A DNA stretch of 24,691 nucleotides from a virus. Taxonomy: Duplodnaviria; Caudoviricetes. Shown piece after piece: positions 6,723 through 14,080 of this stretch. The notes under the pieces are model-generated. The model was not told the DNA's origin. It worked only from the letters and a program-made list of their open reading frames with translations, and ran no database searches. The stretch is taken from positions 1 through 24,691 of IMG/VR virus record IMGVR_UViG_3300025122_000146; one strand, written 5' to 3'. How positions within the stretch are numbered: the first letter of the stretch is position 1; the number at the start of each line of letters is the position of its first letter. The position numbers and the translations under genes are program-made.

Positions 6723-9182
6723 ATGAGACCAAGATGTGATCTATGCCCTCTGCGTATGCATTGGGAGAACAAAGGTAACTGGCGCATAGTAGACTCTGAG
6801 ATTAACGAGGACACTTCTATCCTCCTGATCGGAGATGCTCCCGGTAAGCAAGAGACCCTCTTCAACCGTCCCTTCGTAGGACCAGCAGGTGTTGAAGCCA
6901 TAGGTGTTCTACGTGACTGCGGTAGGGTCAGGCACGATGTGTCATGGACTAACGTCTGTGCCTGTCGCTTCCCTAAAGACAATGACAAAGAGTTCTTAGC
7001 TATCCTTCAGAAGAGGAACAGAGCTAGGATAAAGAAAGGGAAGGAGCCTATCCCTACCCCTATGGAATGCTGCCGCCCACGACTAGAGGCAGAGATAGCA
7101 CAGTTCCCTTCCATCATTCCACTAGGGTCGATGGCTACTAAGGCTGTACTCCCAGGCAACCCAAGCCTTAGTAAGGTACGGGGTGGTCCAACAGTACATC
7201 TAAATAGGAAGGTGCTACCTACCTTTCACCCTTCGTTTGTTAGGTACAAACCTATCTGGCGAGACATCTTTCGCTCTGACATAGCCAAAGCTTTCCGTCA
7301 CTTCGAGGAGAAGCTACGCTGGAAGGATCCCCGTACTGTCTTTACACCTACACCAGCCCAGCTAGAAGCCTTTCTCAGGCACGTAGAGAAGACACGGGAG
7401 CCAGTGGCCTACGACGTAGAGACAGACGCACTGGAGCCCCTTACAGCAGGGCTAAGATGCATCGGGATTGGGACACCAGATATAGTTCTCATGGTCCCCT
7501 TCCTCTCCGTCGATGGTACGGCAACATTCTATGAGCCCCAAGAGGAACTGACGATCAAGAAACTGATGCGCGAGTTCTTCCTCAGTGAACGCATCTGTAA
7601 GGTGGGACATAACGCTGGCTACTATGATCGCTTGGTTGTCGAGCAACATTTAGGGGTAACTCCTACGCCTCTCATAGATACCATACTCTTGCACCGTTTG
7701 GCAGAAAGCGAGTACCCGCATGGCCTTGGCTACATCGGCTCGGTCTTCACTGACGTGCCAGCGTGGAAAGCAGATAGGACAGCGACTACTGCCAGTGCTG
7801 ACCACGAGCTTCATGTGTACTGCGCTACTGACGTTGCCGTCACAGCCCGCATCACTCAGCCCCTTCTAGCTAAGGCCAAGATTCGCAGGCAACGTAAGAT
7901 CTACAAAGTCGATGCAGCCTTGCAAGACTTATGCGTAGGGATGCATAGGTTAGGTATGCGCGTTGACGAGGGCAAGCGTAAAGAGTATGCCCAGAAGCTG
8001 ACGGCTGAAGTTTATGAGTGGGAGAGTCTTATTGACGATAGGCTAGGTTCTCGTACGATCAACCCAAATAGCCCTGTGCAAATGCGGGAGCTACTCTTCG
8101 ATCGATGGGCTCTCCCTCCTCATTCCTTTACGCCTACCGGCGACCCCAGTGCTAACGATGCTACCCTGCGTTCCTTCTTAGGCAATCCCTTAGTAGAGGA
8201 TGACCAGAAGGAAATCATTGATGCACTGCGGCGTTACCGTAAGGCATCTAAGTTACTCAACACTTACATCGAGAAGCTAGCACCAGGGGCTGGCGTCGTG
8301 GAAGATGGCATAGCCTACCCAGACTACAACGTACACGGTACGGTTAGTGGTAGGTTTAGTAGTTCCAACCCCAACTTCCAGAACATTCCCTTTAAGCTAC
8401 GCGATATGTTTATCCCACCTAAAGGGATGGTCTTCGTGGGTGCTGACTTCGACCAGCTTGAGCTACGCTTTGCTGCTGCGTTAGCAGGGGCTAAGCACTA
8501 CATGGATGCGTTCGAGAAGAAAGAGATAGACCCACACAACCTGACGGGTGAGCTTATGTTCGGTGAAGACTTCTGGCTTTCACCGGGAGCCCCAGCCAAG
8601 AAGATAGAGAAGGGGAAGGGTTCCTTTAAGAAGCTAAGGGATGTAGCTAAGACCATCTGCTTCTCCTCGTTGTACGGGGCATCACCTCCCAAGGTGCATG
8701 AGATCATTACCAAGGCAGAGGATGACCAGGGTACTCTCATGTACGCAGGCTATTCACTGCAAGAAGTGCGAGCCCTGCATCGTAAGTGGCTACGTGCGGC
8801 CCCTGAGTTTAAGGGATGGTGGAACGAGACACACCAGTTCTGGCGAAGGAACGGTTACGTGGAAGAGCCAGTGATGGGTAGGCGCAGGTACTTCATAGAG
8901 GATGACTACAATGCCATCATCAACTTCGGAGTACAGGCAGGCGGCTTTAGTGTAGTCGCCATAGGGATGCTGGAGTTAGTGAATAACTACCTTCCCTTTG
9001 ACTTCAAGAAGAACACAGGTCTTGTTAACCAACTGCATGACGCAGTCTTGTTTACAGTGGAGGAGGGGAAAGCAGACTGGGCACGCGAAGTTATCACCAA
9101 GGTGCTCACACGTAGGGTTAAAGCCCTACCGATTACGTTCACAGCGGAAGCTAATATTGCTAACAACTGGGCAGAAGTTTAG
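6723..9182 (+). CDS. polA: Family A DNA polymerase with N-terminal family-4 uracil-DNA glycosylase domain and 3'-5' exonuclease
   Basis: UDG4: CDLC, IGDAPG, PFVGPAG, TNVCACR, TFHPS. Exonuclease: YDVET, GHNAGYYD, YCATD. Polymerase: SGRFSSSNPNFQNIP, ADFDQLELR, RDVAKTICFSSLYG, QLHDAV. Confidence 0.95.
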   Translation: MRPRCDLCPLRMHWENKGNWRIVDSEINEDTSILLIGDAPGKQETLFNRPFVGPAGVEAIGVLRDCGRVRHDVSWTNVCACRFPKDNDKEFLAILQKRNRARIKKGKEPIPTPMECCRPRLEAEIAQFPSIIPLGSMATKAVLPGNPSLSKVRGGPTVHLNRKVLPTFHPSFVRYKPIWRDIFRSDIAKAFRHFEEKLRWKDPRTVFTPTPAQLEAFLRHVEKTREPVAYDVETDALEPLTAGLRCIGIGTPDIVLMVPFLSVDGTATFYEPQEELTIKKLMREFFLSERICKVGHNAGYYDRLVVEQHLGVTPTPLIDTILLHRLAESEYPHGLGYIGSVFTDVPAWKADRTATTASADHELHVYCATDVAVTARITQPLLAKAKIRRQRKIYKVDAALQDLCVGMHRLGMRVDEGKRKEYAQKLTAEVYEWESLIDDRLGSRTINPNSPVQMRELLFDRWALPPHSFTPTGDPSANDATLRSFLGNPLVEDDQKEIIDALRRYRKASKLLNTYIEKLAPGAGVVEDGIAYPDYNVHGTVSGRFSSSNPNFQNIPFKLRDMFIPPKGMVFVGADFDQLELRFAAALAGAKHYMDAFEKKEIDPHNLTGELMFGEDFWLSPGAPAKKIEKGKGSFKKLRDVAKTICFSSLYGASPPKVHEIITKAEDDQGTLMYAGYSLQEVRALHRKWLRAAPEFKGWWNETHQFWRRNGYVEEPVMGRRRYFIEDDYNAIINFGVQAGGFSVVAIGMLELVNNYLPFDFKKNTGLVNQLHDAVLFTVEEGKADWAREVITKVLTRRVKALPITFTAEANIANNWAEV

Positions 9183-9190
9183 GAGGACAA

Positions 9191-10381
9191 ATGCCATATA
9201 TCACCAAAATAGAAACTAACATTAAACGACCAGGGGGCGTAGTCCATGTAGGACTAGAGCCTCACATGCTGCTGATAGGAGACAACGGCAGCGGCAAGAC
9301 AGCCATACTCAATGCGATTGAGTTAGCCTTAACTGGGCAAGCTCATGACCTCGGAGGTAGGGACAACGCTAAAGCTACAGTGCTGCTTCAAAGCCTCATA
9401 CCAGCATGTGATGATTTTCTTTATAGCATCATCACTTTTGATACAGGGGCTACCGTTGAGTGGCGTATGCAGAGAGGCAAGAAGCCCACTGTTAACTGGG
9501 AGTTCACACCGACTGACCTGAACGTACACTTCCTCATGGACGAAGTAAGCGATGCGTTAACGGGCTCTTTGTTAACTACTGTACGCTTCCTCATGAAATA
9601 CTTTGGGGATGAGCCTGAGTTCCTAGAGAGGGAAGAAGCTGCACGTAGAGCAGTGAGGCGAGAGCAAGCTACCGTCCGGGCTGTGACCACAGCCATCGAG
9701 CATCTCTCCCTGGTTAATCACTCAGGAGAAAGGAAGAAGGAAGCGGTCATTGCTCAGGCTGTAGTTGACCTCTACGAGAATGCAGGCATAACTGTCACTG
9801 GTTCTCGCAACACCTACGACAAGGCTAAAGCGTACATAGATAAGCATGGTGCCCCCATAGCTAACCGCGAAAGCCTTCTCTTTGAGACGAAGAAAGAAGC
9901 AGAGGGGAGGTTGGCAGCGGCGAAGAAGCAGGCTAAGGAGAACCTTGACTACATGGTAACGTGGGTAACTGAGGAACAAAAGGACATAGAATCGTCCTTC
10001 AACCTACTTAGATCAAGGGCTTTACCGGGGGAGATTGGTTTTGAAATCGACACCACACGTATTCTATTCGGACTTAGGACGGAAGGTTCCTTTACTCCTT
10101 GGATTTCTGGGGCTGAGTATGTTGCTGTACTGGCAATCGTGGCAGCGACGGCGGCATTACGGCTACCGTCCGAGGACGTAGTGTTAATCATTACGCCCGA
10201 TCGAGCGTTATCGCACAGGCATCTACATGCTCTGGTAAATGCACTGCGACCTGTTAACCGAGCCAACATCTTTATCCAAACTCCTACAGTTGTCCCGGTG
10301 AAATCTTTCCCGGCATGGACGAAGCTTTATCTTGAGCATAGAGCCGTAGGCAAGAGGTGGATGAAGCAACAAAGTGGCTAA
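9191..10381 (+). CDS. Short Rad50/SbcC-like ABC ATPase with degenerate C-terminal motifs
   Basis: LLIGDNGSGKTAILNAIELALTG Walker A, short helical middle, ISGAE signature; strong SD AGGAGG. Confidence 0.8.
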   Translation: MPYITKIETNIKRPGGVVHVGLEPHMLLIGDNGSGKTAILNAIELALTGQAHDLGGRDNAKATVLLQSLIPACDDFLYSIITFDTGATVEWRMQRGKKPTVNWEFTPTDLNVHFLMDEVSDALTGSLLTTVRFLMKYFGDEPEFLEREEAARRAVRREQATVRAVTTAIEHLSLVNHSGERKKEAVIAQAVVDLYENAGITVTGSRNTYDKAKAYIDKHGAPIANRESLLFETKKEAEGRLAAAKKQAKENLDYMVTWVTEEQKDIESSFNLLRSRALPGEIGFEIDTTRILFGLRTEGSFTPWISGAEYVAVLAIVAATAALRLPSEDVVLIITPDRALSHRHLHALVNALRPVNRANIFIQTPTVVPVKSFPAWTKLYLEHRAVGKRWMKQQSG

Positions 10382-10458
10382 TGTCACCCGAAGAGAAGGC
10401 AGGTTATCAGCTATTCATTATAGCAATACTCATAATCTACCTTATAATAAAGTCTTAG
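10381..10458 (+). CDS. 25-aa single-pass membrane peptide (MSPEEKAGYQLFIIAILIIYLIIKS), not in ORF track
   Basis: TAATG overlap with the upstream stop; strongly hydrophobic stretch; TAG ends at the base of the convergent hairpin. Confidence 0.55.
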   Translation: MSPEEKAGYQLFIIAILIIYLIIKS

Positions 10459-10515
10459 ACGCACGGATCAACTTTTTTTGTCCTGGGGGAGAAGAGTGAG
10501 ATGGTCCGTGCGTCT
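10457..10515. terminator. Long-loop inverted repeat at the convergence of the two arms
   Basis: AGACGCACGGATCA (10457-10470) pairs with TGGTCCGTGCGTCT (10502-10515), 13/14 plus one G-U; 31-nt loop; followed by CTCTTTCT. Confidence 0.6.
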
Positions 10516-10521
10516 CTCTTT

Positions 10522-10749
10522 CTACCCTGCTGCCTTAAGCATAGCCTGTAGGAGAGGGCCACCGGCCCCCCCGGCTAAGGCTGCTCCACCAACCAGGAAG
10601 AACATCTTAGTTATCTGCGCTTGAATGTTTGTACACGTCTTCTCAATGTCCGCTACGTTAGTACGAAGCTCGATGATAGACTCGACTTGCTTGTCACTAC
10701 GCTCACGTAAGTAGCGCAGTTCGTCAAGCAGGAAATCATTCGTTGCCAT
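10522..10749 (-). CDS. Coiled-coil plus C-terminal TM protein (XhlA-like/holin-like lysis accessory)
   Basis: Heptad region then MFFLVGGAALAGGAGGPLL; directly downstream of the endolysin; ATG10749 is the likelier start. Confidence 0.6.
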   Translation of the reverse strand: MATNDFLLDELRYLRERSDKQVESIIELRTNVADIEKTCTNIQAQITKMFFLVGGAALAGGAGGPLLQAMLKAAG

Positions 10750-11191
10750 CGTCGTGCCGCTCCCAAGCAATGTAGGATCCGTCTATCTTCTTTAATAATA
10801 ACTGACGCCTGTTCTTTTTGCGAGTGGTATGGCTGATATGGATGTGACCAGTGGTCTCCTTATACCAGATAGCTTGATCAACAGGCCACCCCATTTGTGT
10901 CATCTTAACGATGTAATCCCACACTTCTGCTGTATCCACATCGGGGCAGTAAAAATCACAAGCCTCGGCAGTAACATGCTGGCTAGACTTTGAGCCCCCC
11001 ACGGTTCGGTTAACGTATTTATCCCTGAACCCAGACGTTATCTTGATCGGACCAAAGCGGTCGCGGATAGGCTGAAGGATAGCAGAGCAGAGAGCCAGCA
11101 CACGCGGGACGTAGTGGGCAGGCAAGATGTTGGTTGCCTCTACGCTCGTTACCTCAAACTCTTCGGCGCTGAAGTTAGGTGTGAGTCTCAT
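10736..11191 (-). CDS. Peptidase M15A-family Zn peptidase, probable endolysin
   Basis: LTPNFSAEEF, LQPIRDRFG, ITSGFR, NRTVGGSKSSQH, ACD, HIHIS. Confidence 0.92.
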   Translation of the reverse strand: MRLTPNFSAEEFEVTSVEATNILPAHYVPRVLALCSAILQPIRDRFGPIKITSGFRDKYVNRTVGGSKSSQHVTAEACDFYCPDVDTAEVWDYIVKMTQMGWPVDQAIWYKETTGHIHISHTTRKKNRRQLLLKKIDGSYIAWERHDDGNE

Positions 11192-13677
11192 ATCTCGTCG
11201 CCTTCTTCATCTTGCTGAAGGTAACGTCTTCCAGCTTCTGCTGGTACGAGGTAGGGAGCTATAGATTTCATTGTGTCAGGATCTTTGGAGTAAGTACCAG
11301 GGTTGGCAACTGCTTTTAGTTGATTGCTATTAAATACCATCCATTCTTTCGGGGCTCCATCTCTTATACGGACCACACTGTCATAGCCAAGATCTGCTAA
11401 GTGCTCAGTTACAGCCCTGCTAAGATCCCCATTGTCCCAGTCAATAGGTGTGTCGCCTGCCAAAACTGTGAGTTCGTGTACCTTGTCTTCGATTTCTTTT
11501 GGTAAAGGAGCATTCTTCTTTAGGCGCTGAACCATTTCCTCTATGCTGTAGCCCATCCCTTCAGATGCATTACGATACTCAAGCTCTTTCCATTGTTGAA
11601 CAAAATAACCAAGCCCTCGTTTGTGCCACTCAAAGGGGTTTTCCATCCTTACGTGAAAAGCATACACACCGGGGCGTCCTCCTTCTGCTTCTTGAAGCAG
11701 CTTATCGCGGAGTACTCGCATCAGAGTAAACTCCTCGGCTAGCATACCATCCCCATCTGCTGCACCTGGAGGAAAAGTTGAAGAAGTCGTGGTATCCTGC
11801 AATGCGTAGTTACGCTTCTGTACAGCCTCAAGTCTTTTCTGTAGTTCTTCAGGTGTCTGTTTCCACATCTGAAGCTCTTGTATCTGCCCATTTAACCTGT
11901 CAAGCGCACGCGCAGTCTCGGAAAACTCATTATCAAAGACATCGGCTTTACCGTTGTCCTTTACTCTGGCAATCTGTTTTTGTTTTATTTCTATCTGCTG
12001 CTGAAGAGTTGCAGGGTCATCCTCGTAAGTAATATTTTGTTTCTTCCATACGTCTATGGGCTGTTGGGCGTAGCCCGCTTCCTCGAATAGATTTTTCGGA
12101 CCAATACCCGTAGTACTGTAGCCTTGAGCCTCCCAAGGGTTATTAGAAAGGTAAATCCCTGCCCCAAACCAGCCTGGATCCGTCTGCTGCTGGATGTCGC
12201 TACCTGTTTTCATAGTGGTGTGGCCTGCTTTTTTTGATCCGTGGAAGAAGACTGTGGGCTCACCTACCTTAGTGCTGAGTCCTTGGTCTGCTCTCCACCG
12301 TATCGAATACCAATCACTTTGTAGTTTCTCTATCGCTTTTTCTACTTCCTCTCGCTTCAAGTACATCTCGTGCTCGCTCTCAGCCGCTATTTTATAGAAA
12401 GTATCTTTCTTACTCTCGAATCTTAAGAACGCTGTATGCCTTTCGTCTGCTGTCATGTTCTGCCATTCCGCAGACTCCGTGAGCTTCTTATGTTTAGCCT
12501 GGAGCCTCTCGATCTCTCTCCTGATATGAGTCGGGAGAAGAACACCGTCGCGCGGCCAGTTGTCCCGAGCGGTTCTACCAGATAAAGTTTTAAAGCTGTC
12601 ATCAAAGTACTCATCGAGAGCAATTTTCTCGGCTTTCATTTTATCTAGTGCGGCAACGACACCTTTATCATCTAACCATTCTCCCTTATGAAATGCATAA
12701 GGTGATCCCTGATTGAGACCCAGATGTGGTCTTTCCTGTGCCGCCTGTTCGGTCTTACCTCTCCACTCTTGAAAGCGCCCCTCCCTGCTGTTTGCAAACG
12801 CCTTCTTAGTTGCTTCTTCTTTAATGGAAGTTGCATCCCTAAAGGGTGATTCATACTCTTTAGAAGACGGTGGCAATAAGTCTTCGCCTCCCTCTAACAG
12901 ATCAACATCTGGTGTAACTTCGTCTGCTCCCTTAACGATGCCTCTTCTAGCAGCCTCTCCACCCTTTGTACCGAGCCGCCTTAAGTCTTCAACAGTCCCT
13001 GGTTTCAGAAGGTCTGGTGCTATCCGTAGTGGTCCTTCTAAAGCAGTAACTAGAGGTAGTGTGCGCCCTGTTTTTCCTAGATCCTGTGCAACCTTTGCCG
13101 CTGTCCTGACTTCTCTGGGTGCGTTCTTTGCTACTGACCACACGCCTTTGAAAGCTCCCTTAGCTAGTGGCCCGAAGACAGGGACTGCATTGGAAGCAAG
13201 ACCAAGCCCTGCTAAGACGGTAAGCGGTACAGCCCAGGGCTCTCCTCGTTCAACAGCAGCCCATGCGCGGGCAAGATCCTTAGAGTCGATGCCTGCGGAA
13301 AGCACAGGGTTAGCCATAGCTAAAGCTACTTCTGAGCCAATGACTGCCATGGGGTGCTCTTCTTCTAGCTGCTTGTAACGTGCGGCAACAGCTTTGGTCT
13401 TAGCCTTTAGCTCTACATTGAGGTCTAGTGGAGGCGTAGTCCCTAGTCCTCCTGCCTTTGCTCGCTGTATCCGTCGTGGTGCTGCCTCTTTGGTGCGCTG
13501 CTGCTTAGCGAAAGTCTCTGTTGCTTCTTTGGCTTTACCCTCTGGCCCCACAGGTTTAGGGGGAGCCACAGGTTTACCATAAGCCATGGCAGGTCGCTGC
13601 TCTTGCTTGAAGTGCTGCTTCCTATACTTATTTTGTATAGCCTGTGCAGTGGTAGGCTCCTCTACTTCTTCCATCAC
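11188..13677 (-). CDS. 829-aa protein with pre-toxin-TG-like hydrophobic segment and C-terminal ADP-ribosyltransferase (ART-PolyVal-like) domain
   Basis: VFFHGS, FGAGIYLSNNPWEAQGY, VYAFHVRMENPF, LGYDSV, EWMVFNSNQLK, NPGTYS; N-terminal LAGLGLASNAVPVFGPLAKG. Confidence 0.78.
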   Translation of the reverse strand: MMEEVEEPTTAQAIQNKYRKQHFKQEQRPAMAYGKPVAPPKPVGPEGKAKEATETFAKQQRTKEAAPRRIQRAKAGGLGTTPPLDLNVELKAKTKAVAARYKQLEEEHPMAVIGSEVALAMANPVLSAGIDSKDLARAWAAVERGEPWAVPLTVLAGLGLASNAVPVFGPLAKGAFKGVWSVAKNAPREVRTAAKVAQDLGKTGRTLPLVTALEGPLRIAPDLLKPGTVEDLRRLGTKGGEAARRGIVKGADEVTPDVDLLEGGEDLLPPSSKEYESPFRDATSIKEEATKKAFANSREGRFQEWRGKTEQAAQERPHLGLNQGSPYAFHKGEWLDDKGVVAALDKMKAEKIALDEYFDDSFKTLSGRTARDNWPRDGVLLPTHIRREIERLQAKHKKLTESAEWQNMTADERHTAFLRFESKKDTFYKIAAESEHEMYLKREEVEKAIEKLQSDWYSIRWRADQGLSTKVGEPTVFFHGSKKAGHTTMKTGSDIQQQTDPGWFGAGIYLSNNPWEAQGYSTTGIGPKNLFEEAGYAQQPIDVWKKQNITYEDDPATLQQQIEIKQKQIARVKDNGKADVFDNEFSETARALDRLNGQIQELQMWKQTPEELQKRLEAVQKRNYALQDTTTSSTFPPGAADGDGMLAEEFTLMRVLRDKLLQEAEGGRPGVYAFHVRMENPFEWHKRGLGYFVQQWKELEYRNASEGMGYSIEEMVQRLKKNAPLPKEIEDKVHELTVLAGDTPIDWDNGDLSRAVTEHLADLGYDSVVRIRDGAPKEWMVFNSNQLKAVANPGTYSKDPDTMKSIAPYLVPAEAGRRYLQQDEEGDEI

Positions 13678-13925
13678 TTGCTACCTTTCTGAGACTGCCT
13701 CACTCCTTTTTTGGATTCCTTTTTAGCTAGGTCTTCCTGGCACTCTTTAAGCTGAGAGTCCAGATGCTTAGTTGATTCTTGTAGCTTACCATGCTCGATG
13801 CGTAGCTCAGTCGTACCTTCAGGCTCAATAGTTAGCCCCAGCATGGAGCCTCCCCCGATCAGTCCTACACAAGCAAGCATGCCTGCAACTAGGGCTTTAG
13901 GATCTTTGGTATCAATCTGTGCCAT
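13674..13925 (-). CDS. N-terminal TM plus coiled-coil protein (i-spanin-like or membrane accessory)
   Basis: ALVAGMLACVGLIGGGSMLGL followed by a predicted coiled coil and a basic tail. Confidence 0.55.
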   Translation of the reverse strand: MAQIDTKDPKALVAGMLACVGLIGGGSMLGLTIEPEGTTELRIEHGKLQESTKHLDSQLKECQEDLAKKESKKGVRQSQKGSK

Positions 13926-14080
13926 TACTTCTTTCCTTTCTTCTTCTTCTTTTTCTTCTTCTCTTCCCTACACTTAGATAGTGCAATAGCTATTGCCTGC
14001 TTCTTGGGGCGACCTGACCGGATTAGCTCAGCTATGTTGTAAGCCTTAGCCTCCTTGCTGCATCCCTTCTTAAGTGGCAT
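13925..14080 (-). CDS. 51-aa highly basic phage protein (MPLKKG...KQAIAIALSK...poly-Lys), not in ORF track
   Basis: Fills the gap exactly with TAATG overlaps at both ends; matches the MPLKKG/NIxEL/KQAxAIAL pattern I recall from small phage proteins. Confidence 0.85.
   Translation of the reverse strand: MPLKKGCSKEAKAYNIAELIRSGRPKKQAIAIALSKCREEKKKKKKKKGKK

Noticed and set aside
6723-7310. Calling the UDG domain a true UdgX
   Set aside because: It lacks the KRRIH histidine and has Cys rather than His at the TNxxxC Fe-S ligand position.
727-10269. Minus-strand and alternative-frame ORFs inside the early genes
   Set aside because: They are shadows of well-supported + strand genes, without RBS or motifs.
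11671-12110. Intein or intron explaining the ART insertion
   Set aside because: No Cys/Ser...His-Asn splice junctions or homing-endonuclease motifs; the frame is continuous.
13928-13965. CTT microsatellite or terminator-like pyrimidine run
   Set aside because: Explained by the poly-Lys codons of the 51-aa minus-strand gene.
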